From NCBI GenBank assembly GCA_905331295.1, contig CAJNYD010000067.1, forward strand, positions 62,001-126,000: a DNA stretch of 64,000 bases. Direction: 5' to 3'. The notes beneath the pieces were generated by a model that saw only the letters and a program-made list of their open reading frames with translations, was not told the DNA's origin and made no database searches. The position numbers were made by a program, and so were the translations under genes. Shown piece after piece: positions 1 to 13,330 of the stretch (position 1 is its first letter; the number at the start of each line of letters is the position of its first letter). The DNA comes from Rotaria socialis (lineage: Eukaryota).

Positions 1-1948
1 GCAAAATTTCTCTCTACAACTAAGAAAAAGCCACAACTATCAGCTGCTTATTGACTATATAACTATTAAGAATTCAATGCAAGAACGAGAGAAGAAACCT
101 AGGATAGACAAGTCATCAACTTGTGTCATCCGGAAGCATTCAGAAGCCAAGGGTCGATGTACACGATTTATTGGCAACATATGTCGAAGAAAAGAAAACC
201 GACAGCAGCAAAATAATCGAGTCCTTTTCACTCACTGTTTTGTTCTCATATGAATCGACGTGATTGCGTTTTGCAGAGAAAAAAGAAATATATATATATA
301 TATATAACCAAGATAGATAATTAGAACACAAGAGAAGAGGCCAACTATTGCATTAGTCGTGCAGAACATTGTCTAGAATAGAACGACCTTTGAACCTCAT
401 CGGAAGTAATCTTAATCGTAGACAAGAAATACAATAAGCAATGTGAAGATTTCTGTGTTCTTTTAATCAAATATTTTGCGTTCAAATCTATTCTCATCTA
501 TCCTATTAGTGAATTGAAAAACAAAGACAACAGACACATGCACACTCGTACAAAAACTATAAATGATCAAAAACTGATATTTAATGCACTAAATAGAGTT
601 ATTTTGACATTTTCTTAAATGCTAACTATAATAGAAACATGGAATTCTCATCATTCTCATGTACATGTAATCAATTATTTCTATCGATTCTTTTTTTATT
701 AGAAAAAAATGGGTAGGTCTAATAAAAACAGAAAAATATTGTTTTTTGTACTTAAATTTTTCTTTTCTTTCACCATTAAATATTTACCTGAGAGTATTGT
801 AATTATATTAAAAACTAAAAACAACACACAAGCATCGCCGAAAGAGAAAGAAACTGAGTAAGAGAAGGATCCTATGATTTCATATACATGTGCCACGTCA
901 GTTACATGACACACAACTATCCCATTGGATGTTGTTTTACTATACGATGACGTTAGGTCTTGCATCACTGTTGTCACGTGATTACTGTTTAGGTTGTGCG
1001 AAGGATTATCTAGTTATAGACCGAGATGAGTGTATATACATATAATATATCTAAGAGATGAATAAACTTCTGTACACGAAAAGAAAACATAGTTGAACAA
1101 GTGAGGCTAGACAAAAGGTGTAAAAGAACAAATAATGAACAGTTTTTACCTATCGCAATTTTAATTCGATGAATATTAGTGATGATGAAAAAAAATATAT
1201 ATAATGTAAAAGGCAATCTGTCATTATATTGTCTAAAGTGATCACCTTATGTTATATACGTATACATATATATGTACGTGTGTGCGAGTGCCTATTCGTC
1301 ATCGCCTCATCCATTATCTTCTTGTCTTCGTAGCATTGATTGCACACGCGATTAGAGATACAGTATAGCAAACAAAGAAGAAGCAAAGAGAAGATATCGA
1401 ATATGTGCGCAATAGAGATTATTTTTAACAAAAACATGTGGCTTATCGACTTCTCACGTTTTTTTTTCATCAAATTGAACAAGCAATATATTACATAGAC
1501 CGACGGGCTTTCTCAGGGCATTTTATTTTGACCTCGAAATGAGAACTTTTCTATACATACACACAATGTATATGTTCTATGTGCTTTACGTACCGATAAA
1601 AAAAACGAAAAGCCAGAATACGTAACGTAACGCGTTTTAAAACATTATTTGTCTATGCTAAGTCACTGTTTAAATGAAAGGAAAAGATAAAAAAACGAGA
1701 GATGTAGTCAGATTTTGCTATTAAAACAATATGGTGTCTTGCATACATGTTTGGATAGAAATTTTTACCTATTAAATCCTACTAGAAGACATATTTGCAT
1801 GTAACATATTTACATTGATAATTATTCTTTTACTACATTCTAAGAGTCAAAAAGAAACTTGCTCGTTCGTTTTGTTTTTCTATTAAAAAATGCATTGTAA
1901 TCTTTCGATAAATTCTTTTTCGATTTTGACCTTACTTTCACGTCCACG

Positions 1949-2816
1949 TCAGCTACACCTAAAATGCTCTCTTTCTTTATCAAAATAGAAATCTTGTACG
2001 ATTATATAAAATATTCAAATAAACCATTAATTTTGTTGCCTTGTAAATATGACGTATTTTTTATCTTATCATAAACCATTCTTCAAGTAGACGCCACGCA
2101 TCATTAAATAATTCATAGTAAACTATGCAGAGGAAAAAAAAGTGATTAATAAAAATGTTATAAAATAATAATTTAGGATCATCGATAACAATTTTTTCCT
2201 ACTACCTCCACAACATTTTCGTCGTTTTGATCTTGTATCTTTTGGACAACGGAAAAGTTGTTCTGGTTTGAAACCTTTGGAATATTCTTTCATTTTTTTA
2301 AGTTGACGAGTTTTGATTAAATCGAATTGATTCGATAAATTTCGCGCATTAATATAGTTTTCATTCACTATTGGCCCCCTTTCATATAGAATTTTCATTT
2401 TTTCTCGACATTGATCTGATTTATATGAAGTAGAATCAATTTTATGATTATCATGTTCACGATTTTGTACGTCAGATAATACCGATGAAATAGAAGATGA
2501 CACGGGACTGAGCTATAAGATTGATGAAAATAAGTTAATCTTTTTGCAAATAGAAGAAAAAGAAGTTTCATCTTACCATAGATGATTGATGATAGTCTAT
2601 TCTTGGTATATGTGATGACATACGATCTGAAGGAGAACCGATTTGAACTTTATTAGTGGAAGGTGATGTTGTAATCAGTTTTTCTGATTTTGGTTTCATT
2701 GCTTGCTTCAATCTAATATACAAAATAGAATAACGCTTACAATTTATAGACTAGAAGATGTTAAATATTGAACTTTTAGACTTGTGCATATGAGCTGAGA
2801 TATGAAGAAAATGTTC
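1949..2816 (-). CDS. Orphan multi-exon protein-coding gene, function unknown
   Basis: ORF 2123-2503 joins via GT-AG introns to upstream exons (MKPKSEKLITTSPSTNKVQIGSPSDRMSSH at ~2580-2715) and downstream exons (VYYELFNDAWRLLEEWFYDK; DFYFDKEREHFRCS*). No family motif recognised; ends uncertain. Confidence 0.45.
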
Positions 2817-4955
2817 ATTTCAATCGTTTATCTTATCCCGATTATTCACGTTTCAATAATTTTGAATTTATTTATTTCTTATTGAAAAAAAGGAATAGAT
2901 TATTATTATTTAAGACAACTCTATTTATGTCATAAAATAGTTGCGAACTGATTTATTTGAGCACGTAAAAAAAGTAACTTATTTTCGCGAATTCTACAAT
3001 TAAACTAACTATTTCTCATACGCAAAACGTTTCTTCGTGAATATTTCAATGTAAGAATCTCAAACATGCATAGTTGCATCATTCCTAGTATTTAATGAAA
3101 CTAACTATTGATCATATTGGCGAAAATTGCTCGTAACAACTCGCAAAAATTTACACTTGTACATTTTCTATTCTAACAAATAAAATTGGATTTTAATGCA
3201 TAACTCATTTCTTCGGCTTTATACTGTAAACAGGAAGAGAAAAAGAAATATTTAATAAGCTTTCATAGTTGTTATTATTTAACTAATATTCTAGATCGAT
3301 ACTTTTGCATAATGTTAAACTCACTTGACTTTTCTATTTTTTGTTTTGTTTGTATTCTTTATTTTTCTAAAATTAAGTCAGATGAAATAGAAATAAAAAA
3401 CAACATTTTCTTTAGACTTACTTTTGCTTTTTATTGGATGATGGAATTTCTTTATTTAGTTTTTGATTGTTATTTGATTGTTGAGAAAAAAATGAATCAA
3501 ATAAATAACCATATTTATTCATATTAATACGAACTTTTTTCGCTATCAAATATTTGTCGGAAGACAATTTATGTGAGCACGTTTGTTTATTTTTAATAAA
3601 TTGATTATTATGAAATTGATAAGCTAGATTTGTAGTTAGTAAATCTACATTTGATTGAGCTGGATGCATTTTGTTTGTTTGTTTTTTCAAAATGAAAAAT
3701 AACCTTAGCAACTTATATTGAGATATTTATAAAGAAAAAAATTCTAATATTAATTAATTTAGATTTACATAAAAGAAATAATAATCATTCTTCTTTATTT
3801 GAATAAAACAGTACACATTAATGAATGATTATAGCTTTCGATGATGAGTAGATTTCATTGATAGAAAGCATAATCATGCATATTTATCAATGCGTACGTC
3901 TTACTATATGATTGTTTATTTATTTATGATCAAGTGATGTTGAATAAGATGTAAGTACTGGAACGCAAATAAGTAATGACTGATACAAAATAAAAGATGA
4001 TTAATAAACAATAGTAGGCATGTAAAATTGATAATCACTCATAGACAGATTAAAAAAAGAAAATAATGCCGCTACTTTATGCAATAGTGGGCGCTAGTAT
4101 ATTGAAATAATAATATATGAGACTGTAAGCAAAATATTAACTTTTTCATCAGCGCCTACTTTTCTTAGTTTGATAATTCAAATGAACATATATATATATA
4201 TATATATATGTTTATATAGTGTCGATGTTGCTCAATGTTATTCGATCAACAATCAATAAGATAATATTCTTTAGCTTATTCTTATTTTGTTCAATACATT
4301 CAAATATGAACACAAAAAGCAATAAAAAGCGATATTTTCAATATTTATCTTTCGAATTCTTTAATAAAATTGAAGATCTGTGGTTATATTTGATGTTTTC
4401 AACGAATTTACATAGTTTAATGTGAAGTAAAAAATACTCCCAATTTTTATATATTAACTCTAATATTTCAATTATATGTTTTTTTTAAGATTAGCATTTC
4501 ATGAAAATTGGAAATTGGAAATTAAATCCAATAAAAGCTCTGTTTCTATTTGTTCAAAATGGCTGATGATTGTTTATTACATCATATCCATATCATCAAC
4601 GTTTAAATCATGCTATTTCTTCATCATCAAGTTCCAGTTCAATTCAACAGCGTTCATCATCATCAAATTCAAATTTATTTCCACAATCTTCATTATCAAA
4701 TTCAAACATGATTCAACAGCGTTCATCAGTATCAAGTTCAAATTTGACTCAACAACATCTATTATCATCAACTTCAAATTTAACTCAGCCGTATTCAACA
4801 TCCACAATTGAAAATCTTCTGAAACAAAAAGATAACTCGAAACAGTTTCTTGTCAAAAAAATGATCAATAAAAAAAAAAAAACGTCTCGTCACTTGCTTG
4901 GCCCACATTCGGATTTCCTGCGAAACGTTTAGAGGACGATTGTTATCAACGAATA

Positions 4956-5215
4956 TCCAGGACAATGATTTCTGAAGCAGTTTTTCGTGAATTTTCGGTG
5001 AAAATCTGCAAGAAACTCGCTGTTTCCGACCAGAACCCACCGGGAATTGTTCGGAATTCGATGCAAGAATCCGGAAATCGTATCCAGCTACCAGTTTTGA
5101 CAGGTTTCTGTCGATTCCGGCTGGAACCGGATCCTTTCACCAGAATACTGCTGCCATGAAATCTCCGGAATACCACAGAACCGGCCGTTTCCGAGACCGG
5201 AATGTTCGACCTGGA
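4956..5215. mobile_element. MITE (~260 bp), termini TCCAGG...CCTGGA, 2-bp TSD TA (CMC/EnSpm-like)
   Basis: GC-rich insert with many CCGG-type subterminal repeats; TA at 4954-4955 and 5216-5217; excision restores the hAT reading frame. Confidence 0.85.
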
Positions 5216-5346
5216 TAGTTGGTTTTGCGAGTTGTTTCGAATGCAAAGATACATATACTTATCAGTCTGGTGGAAGTGGAAGTACCAAGCATCTACTACG
5301 ACATGTATGTTCAAAAAGATCATCATCATTAGAAAATAATGGAGAA

Positions 5347-5636
5347 CCCAGGCTGATCAAAACGGACTCGTTTACGGTGTGTTTGTCCACGGTAAACGAT
5401 GTCAAAACGGTATCTTTACGGCAGTAAATAGGCCGTATTTGCCCGTAATATCTGGCGCAGTAATACGGCACCGTAAACGGGACTGAATTTTCATGGTTTA
5501 CGGCTGTTTGTGTTCCGTACTCTCATGATAATACGGTCCGTATTGCTGCGCCAGATATTACGGCAAAATTTCGCCCCTAAAATAGTCGTAAAGTAACCGT
5601 CAATGGCCGTATACGGGCCGTACTGTTCGACCTAGG
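5347..5636. mobile_element. MITE (~290 bp), termini CCCAGG...CCTAGG, 2-bp TSD AA (CMC/EnSpm-like)
   Basis: Imperfect ~30-bp TIRs; perfect internal inverted repeat CCGTAATATCTGGCGCAG (5443-5460 / 5546-5563); TACGG/CCGTA repeats; AA flanks; excision restores the frame (GE|GPMDKF). Confidence 0.85.
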
Positions 5637-6574
5637 AAGGACCAATGGACAAGTTCATCAAATTGAAAAAGTTAGCACCGCTTAAATCAAATTCTAAAGA
5701 TCGAACAGTAATTCAAGAGGAATTTACAAAATGGATTTGCTCATCAATTCGTCCCTTTAACCTTGTTTCAGATCCTGGTTTGAAAACAATGTTACAAACA
5801 ATTATTGATATTTGTGAGTTATCTAGTGGTATTTCGATTCAATTGATCTGCTTTATATTTTTAGGTAAAAAATATCAAGGATCAATTAATATTGATGATA
5901 TTCTTGCCACACCCACTACAATTTCAAATAATGTTAAAAAATTAGCTGAATACTACAGGTCTTTATTACGATCCATATTAATCGAACAAGCTGAATCTGG
6001 TACATTAGCTGTTTGTCCTGACCTTTGGACTGATAATCACAAGAAAATAAAATATCTAGGTGTAACAGTTTATTTCGTAACTAATGGATATGAATTATTT
6101 ACATTTGATTTATGTTGCACAAGATTTAATGAAATTGGCAAAGCAGGTGAGTCTGCTTTAAAAGTAACTAGATTAATCAAAAACAACAAGAACCTCTTCA
6201 AAAAGTTTCTTTGTAGGCTATACGTGAACAATTAAATTTATTTGGTTTATTATCGTATATGGATAACAATAAGATAACATTCACAAGTGATCGAGGTGCA
6301 AATATACTAAAAGCATTGAAAGGTAAATTTTTTAATTACTTTCATTGTTTAATATGTAAAGTTACATTCTTTAGGGTATCCTGTAATTTACTGCTTTGCT
6401 CACCGGATAAATAACGTGCTAAAATTAGCAATCTACCGAACAGCGCAGAATAACAAAAAACGAGTTTTGATAGCATCATCAACACCAGCAAAAAAGCAAC
6501 TAAAAATGCTCCCACATGTTTGTGATTCATAATCTGATAGCAGTTCATCCGAAGATGATACTATAGCACCGTCA

Positions 6575-6674
6575 NNNNNNNNNNNNNNNNNNNNNNNNNN
6601 NNNNNNNNNNNNNNNNNNNNNNNNNNNNNNNNNNNNNNNNNNNNNNNNNNNNNNNNNNNNNNNNNNNNNNNNNN
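6575..6674. other. Assembly gap (100 N)
   Basis: Run of n; contiguity across it is uncertain. Confidence 1.
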
Positions 6675-6771
6675 TATTCAATACTATTTTATTTTCGTTG
6701 TTGTCATTCTGCCATAACCAATACTGTGGCACCTGGCATTATTATTAGTAGCGTCTCTGATCCTCATCAAG

Positions 6772-7328
6772 GCGTTACAGGGGGGCTCAAAAACATTTTT
6801 CATAATAACCATAGAAAGTCGACATTATGAGAGAAAACAGAATTTTCAATTTCGTTATCACAACTTTCATTCAAAGCATTTTCTTCACTGACGTATTTGC
6901 AGACCTTGAGAACAATTGAAAATTTTAATTTCATTATCAATATAAGGAAAAGCAAAAATAATCTTAAATCTTGACTAAAGCAAATAAAAAAAGTTATAAG
7001 TACAAAAACTATTTTGTTGATGTCGATGTTGACATTATCTTTTTTTTACGACACTTACTGTTTGTTTATCATTTCAAAATCTTTCAAAAGCAAAATACAG
7101 AACGTGCTACAAATTCTAATAACAAATAAAGACACATCGACACCATAAATGTATTTTCTGTACGTTGATTGTTGTCCTTTTAACTTCATAAAGGATTCGC
7201 TAGTGATATTACATCTAGATGTTTAAAAAACATACAAACATATACTTATTAAGCATATAATCACAATGAAATCTGTATTTTTCTCCAAAATCTGAGCCCC
7301 TCCTAGCCTAAGGGCTCCGCCGCCTATG
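6772..7328. mobile_element. hAT-type non-autonomous element, 8-bp TSD TCATCAAG
   Basis: TCATCAAG at 6764-6771 and 7329-7336; inverted GGGGCTCA/TGAGCCCC subterminal motifs; right end ...GCCGCCTATG. The left TIR is eroded. Confidence 0.7.
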
Positions 7329-7749
7329 TCATCAAGTAGTTCATGATAAATAAAAGCATGTTATTTTACTAAATGATATGAATGTGAAAATATAAAAATA
7401 TAATGGTATGCATTTCATTCTAAGGAAGAACGAACTCTTGTCCAGAAAAATTTTCAGATCCGGACCCGATGGGTTCTACATCCATGCGGCTATATTAGTT
7501 GCTTATGACGTAATTTTAATTATGGCTAAATCAACGCCATGCCTCACTACATCGAATCGACTAACGGAATAACATGATCCATATTTTACTTTGCCCAAAC
7601 CAAATTCGGCAGGAGAAATCGAACAAAATTTGTATTAAGATTGAGATCATCGCGCCACAAAAATGTTGGCTTTAAATGCGTACGCGCCGGATTAAATAAA
7701 TGTTTCTGTTTTGTGTCTCATTAATTATATTCTATAGTGAGCAACATAC

Positions 7750-8420
7750 ATTTCATGACCGACGAGCAGGACGAGGAAAATATAATTCTATACATACTGA
7801 ATCAAAAGAAAGTCCACCAGAACACTATTGAATGCGCATGATATTGGATATGTTTAGCTATTTTCATGTCAATAATTACATAAAATCTTATCGATCAGTG
7901 TTGATTTACCTTGGATGCCTTCATAAATAGTTGAAAACGAATTTTTGCAAGTGAATACACTACATAAAGAGGCATCTTGCGATCATTCAGAACCGAATTT
8001 TGAAAGCTACTTTTCATACTATTTATTCAAAGAAAATAGTAGCTAATCTTCGAGTTAAGTCCCGAATTAAAAATTTCTTTTCGCTTATTTGCTGGTTAAG
8101 GGCATATCAATAAATTTGATAGCAATAAGGCACTTTCAAATAGAACGATGAATACCATTGTTCTATTCAGACGGGCCATGCGGCCAATAATCTATAGTTA
8201 CATGGCGGTCAGCGGTCACAATAGCCGACGGATGCAACTGTGCAAGTACGAGTTTCATCCAATTGTTTCTTTTTTCTATGTATATTGATTGTCTTCATCG
8301 ACTAGCCTGAATATAATGAAAACACAATAAATAGGCATAGTCGATTGCCACACTCAGCATTCATTGAGATATTCAACACAACACAGTTGACAAGACAAAT
8401 AACCACGGCAGGTGAGCAGT
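7750..8420 (+). mobile_element. Highly degenerate DNA-transposase remnant (possibly Sola-like)
   Basis: Broken frames contain DGPCGQ-like (cf. SDxCxGQN) and HS..IE-like fragments; many stops. Confidence 0.25.
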
Positions 8421-8880
8421 ATGTTTTATATTTTTTTCGGTGTTCCATTGAGAAATATATGTGTTCTCATTGAATCCAATTCTATAGCAAATATGTACGT
8501 TGGAAAAATTATGTCAATACATAGGTATTATATTAATACTTGAATAGCCAAAATCATACGTTTTCAAATATTTCTATCAATAGAACATACTTGTAAGAGA
8601 ATTATTGTACGTCTTGCAGCGTTTTAAACACAATTCATAAGAGTAGTTCTACTTCTACTAGAGTTTGCGTTTTCTTTTTTTTTTTAATAATTATAATAAA
8701 ATAGAAATAGATGTCGCTTATGTTAAAGAGTCATTCTGATTGGTTAGTCGAGTAGCATCATTGCTTTGTTTATAGTTTGACCCGAAGGGTCAGTCAATCA
8801 ATCAGTCGACCAACAATCTTATATGAATCACATCGCTTATATCTATTTCATTCTTATTTTATTTCTTAGATCGTGCAAAA

Positions 8881-10752
8881 ATGCCATCATATCCAAGTCC
8901 AATACCAGCGCCAATATTTGACTCGGATGAATCTGATGAAATCAGTCAACACTCCAATGACAGTAGCAGTTGTTTATCATCACAATTCAAGCAATATACT
9001 CGTTTATCATTTTCACCTAAATTAAATTGTAATTCAACAAGTCAAATATTACCATTAACATCAACATTAAGTTTTGATGATGATAACGCATTAGATGGTC
9101 AAGATAATATCATTGATATAGAATCAACGCCAACAAAACTTATGAATTCTACAAGTAGAAAACGTAAACGTACAAATGATAATTCTCAACATCTCACATG
9201 TCAAACACCCAATCAATCACCATATACACGACGTAAAAATCTTGATTATGTTCAACAAATAACATTTCAATCACCAAAAGTTCAACGTCGGACGCGTAAT
9301 TTTAATCAATCAACGGTAGATAATCCATCAGTAACATTTTCAACTCTTATCAATATAAATCCATTTAAAAACAAACATCATTATCATACACGTCTTGTTG
9401 CTAAACGTGAATCATTACTAATACCATCATTAAAAAATTTATTTATTCAGCGATACGAACAAGAATTTCATTATGAATCATGTTTAGGCTATGGTGAATT
9501 TTCACAAGTTAATCTATGTACAAATCGTCTTGATGGTTTAAATTATGCTATAAAAACATCAAAACAATCTCTGATTGGTACATGTCATGAACAACAAGCA
9601 TGGCATGAAATATGTGCATTTGCAGCATTAACAACGCATGAAAATTTAATTCGTTATTATTCATCATGGATTGAATCCGATGGAAGATTTTTCATTCAAT
9701 TAGAACATTGTAATGGTGGTTCATTAGAAGATTTAATTGAAAAAAATCGAAAAGACAATAAATTTCTCAATGAAGACGTATTAAAAACTATTCTTCATCA
9801 AATGAGCAATGTATTAGCATTTATGCATAGAAATGATTTAGCACATATAGATATTAAACCATCAAATATAATGTTATGTTATTATACAGACAATGATGTT
9901 ATCTATAAATTAGCTGATTTAGGTCATGTAAGTCAAATCAGTTCATGTACCGTTGATAATGATGGCGATTGTCGTTATTTGGCATTAGAAATCATTCAAA
10001 AATCGAATTCAACAAATTTATATCTAGATAAATGTGATATTTATTCATTAGGCTTAACATTATATGTTTGTGCAACAAATTATATTATGCCTAAACAAGG
10101 CAATGAATGGCAACAATTACGATTGAATATTACACAATTTCTACAGCGTATTTCACAATGTTCAAAACAATTTAACGAACTTGTACTTGAACGCATGTGT
10201 AATATCGATCCTAATCGACGACCATCTGCCTATGAAGTATGTATCTATTAAATAAAAAAAGTTGTTTTCTAATATTTTTATTTTAGCTATTACTAGATCC
10301 ACTTGCTCAACCAGCAATACCAACAAGTGTTGAATGTCTTAGGTAAGATATTTTTATCTTCATCAAAAACAAATAAAACTTTATTTTGTTTTCTATTTAG
10401 ACATACTTTAAAACAAGAACGCGTTAAAAATTTATTACTAAATAAAAAATTACTCGACCAGTATATTTTAACAAACACATCAGATCTTCAAACATTACCA
10501 TTATATAGTACTGATATTAATAATAGTGATATTCGATCAAATTCTCCAACACAATCAATTCTTGTACCACAATATCAATATACATTAACACCAACTAATA
10601 ATTCACGTGTAATATTAGTTAATTCACCAGGTTGTTCGACAAATCTCAATCAATCAGTGACATCACCTGTATCTTGTTCAACATTGGCAATGAAACAACA
10701 AGTCAAATTAGCCGGTTCAGTTATGTTTCGTTATTATTCCAGTATCATTTAA
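8881..10752 (+). CDS. WEE1: Wee1-like protein kinase (3 exons: 8881-10237, 10287-10342, 10401-10752)
   Basis: RYEQEF, LGYGEFSQV, RLDGLNYAIK, RYYSSW.E, HIDIKPSN, KLADLGHV and GDCRYLA match Wee1; C-terminal coiled coil. Confidence 0.93.
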
Positions 10753-11400
10753 ACAAACATTACCTGCATGATCAATAGCCATATACAAATTGTAAAATAT
10801 AGATATATATATACATTCATCATCATCATATGGAAACATTTTGTAATTTTCCTTTTCAAACTATGTAATAGTAAATGTGTTTTTTGTACACATATTTTTT
10901 TCTTAATCTCATCTCTAACCCTATGAATTCCTAATCTTTGTATATTTTTGATTTTCATTAAAACAAAAGATTTATTGAGTAAAAAAATAATCGTGGATAC
11001 TATTGTTCATATAAGTTGATTTTCTATTTTCTTTTTGTTAATCATCAATTGATATTTTTGTGTAACCTGTCATGTTGTTGTTTTTTTTTGCCATTCAATT
11101 GTGTTTCATTATCCATTGCTATTAGGTCTATATGTTAATGTATGGACTTTCTATTTGTATTTTTCTCGCATTCGGTTACTATTTTTTGTCAAAATATCGA
11201 TATGATAGTAATATTAATATGGAAAATACTTTTTTTGGAAAGTTGAATGCGAAGCAGAGAGGTAGTAGGAGTGCATTTGTTTTCTTTTTTGATTGTATAT
11301 CATAGTATATTTGTATTTAAGTAACATTTTTGATTACTTCTTTTATTTAATTAAATGAACTGAACAACAACTTCTTTTTTTCAGATAACAGCACAAGACA

Positions 11401-12298
11401 ATGGCAAGTTTTAGTTTCTCGTATCTTCATCTGATTTCTATTATTATTTTAATCTATATACTCGTAAAATATGTATTCAACGAAAAACAAATACATCTTA
11501 TTAAATATATGCTATATGTCGTTTATGTTATGTCGTCATCGATCGTTCTCATGCCACTATTTCTTCTACGGCCATTGCATGCATCAAATATACGTTTAGC
11601 TGCACTCTTTCTTAATCCTGTGATGAGTTTGTTTGGCATAAAATATCGTATTGAAAACGCTCAGGTATTAGATAAAGTTGGGCCATGTGTGATTGTTGCA
11701 AATCATCAATCATCGATAGATTTTATTGGCATGATGCAACTGTGGCCCAAACATGTTCGTTATTGTACAATTTTAGCAAAAAAAGAGCTATTTTGGGCTT
11801 TTCCATTTGGTTTTACGGCATGGTTAGCTGGTTTGGAATATGTTGATCGAAAAAATCGTAAACAAGCCACTGAAACCATGGGTCCTTTGACTAGAAAAGT
11901 TCAAAATGAATCATTACGACTATGGGTCTTTCCTGAAGGTAAATACGAAAGTAAAACACAAAATAAATTACAGTCTTTTTGCTTTAATAGGAACACGAAA
12001 TATGAATGAGACATTTCTTCCATTCAAAACTGGTGCTTTTCGTCTAGCCATTGAAGCACAAGTTCCTATTGTACCAGTTGTCTTTTCATCTTACAAATCT
12101 ATTTATAATGCGGATACAGCAACTAACAGTTTTTATTGGCGTCGAGGTTATGTAACCATTCGATGTCTTGAACCCATTGATACTAAAGGTATGACGATTG
12201 AGAATGATCTTAAAACATTAATTGGTAATACTGAAAAAGTTATGATTAATGCATATAAAAGAATTCGAACGACTCCGAATGATAAAAAAGAGAACTAG
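11401..12298 (+). CDS. AGPAT: 1-acyl-sn-glycerol-3-phosphate acyltransferase (AGPAT1/2-like); intron 11939-11990
   Basis: Acyltransferase motifs NHQSSID, AKKEL, FPEGTR (spliced), LPFKTGAF and VPIVPV. Confidence 0.93.
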
Positions 12299-13134
12299 TA
12301 AATATATTAGCGAATCTGGGAATGCTTCCATGTATTTGTTGAAGTCATAACAAGTCAATCAAACCATGAACAATTTTGTTTTTCGTCTCCGTTTTATCTG
12401 TCTATTTGTGTGCTTTTTCTCGTTGTAAAAAAAACAAGTATTCCAATAATTCGTCTTGCATTAATTTGTGTGTATCTTAATTGTGTAATTCATTGAGTCC
12501 TAATTCAATAGCAACAAATCATTTTTTATTTTTATCCTCGATAATCATATTATATAAATAAAATACATACATATTATTAACAAAAAAAAAAATATGTTTT
12601 TCAATTCTTGTCATCTATATTAATTTTTCTTCAAAAAAGCATTTCCATGATGATGTTGTTTGTTGCCGATTTTCATTTGCAATAGAAGAGCAACTATATA
12701 TATATATTGAACTCTCCATTGTTTAGAATGTTTGAATGAACGCCTCAAATATTAAGCTACAAGTTAGAAATGTTCTGTATGATATAAAAACAGGATTGAA
12801 AAAAAATCTTTTCGAGTATCAAATTCGATTCGTTTTTTGTTAATATTATATTAATATACAAACTAATCATGAAATGAAAATCATTGAAATTAATCTCAAT
12901 CATCGCTAATAAAATCAGGCCTTACTTAGAGCGGTATGTTTTCTTTCCTGATTTCGGAAAGCCGTGCTTTTGAATTCAAATTATAGACTTATAACTAGGA
13001 AAAAATTTTCCTTCCAAATTGAAATGGATACGTTGTTGTGCATTTTCGAATTCGCCTTTAGATATTCGTGATTCTATAGCGGTAAACTGGTATAGTTTTA
13101 TTTTGTTACAAAAATAGAGATGACTATAACGAAT

Positions 13135-13330
13135 TCGATGTGGCCGAAGCTTTAAATTTTCCAGCACATGGACCAGGAATCATCTTGGTGTCCGTGGCGC
13201 ACGAACTGGTCTCTATCAGGTTCATTCGGTGTTACATGTTGCATGTACGTTGTGTGAGCCTTGAAATCGCTGCGGCTCCACCCAAGTTGTGGGCTAAGAG
13301 ATCCCTCACACACACCCTCATAGATTTTCA
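13135..13330. ncRNA. Putative structured non-coding RNA of unknown class
   Basis: GC-rich island in AT-rich intergenic DNA with several consecutive hairpins; no convincing ORF; no match by eye to tRNA, snRNA, SRP or RNase P consensus. Confidence 0.45.

Larger units (their letters stand above)
4570..6574 (+). pseudogene. Intron-containing hAT-superfamily transposase, disrupted by a polyA frameshift and two MITE insertions; runs into the assembly gap
   Basis: Removing the two inserts gives a BED finger (WPTFG...CFECKDTYTYQSGGSGSTKHLLRHVC). Also present: Hermes-type RPFNLVSDPGL motif, catalytic DLWTD, SDRGAN and CFAHRINN (CxxH). Introns at ~5815-5865, 6164-6217 and 6323-6374. Confidence 0.85.

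Noticed and set aside
4946..5471. GC-rich ORFs 4946-5329, 4965-5159 and 5262-5471
   Set aside because: Chance ORFs across the MITE insertions.
13135..13330. tRNA, 7SK, snRNA, HDV-like or hammerhead identity for the island
   Set aside because: No cloverleaf, no paired GAUC motifs, no Sm site, no CTGANGA/GAAA core, and an HDV-like fold could not be completed. The resemblance of the minus strand (TGTGAGGGATCT) to the 7SK 5' end is too short.
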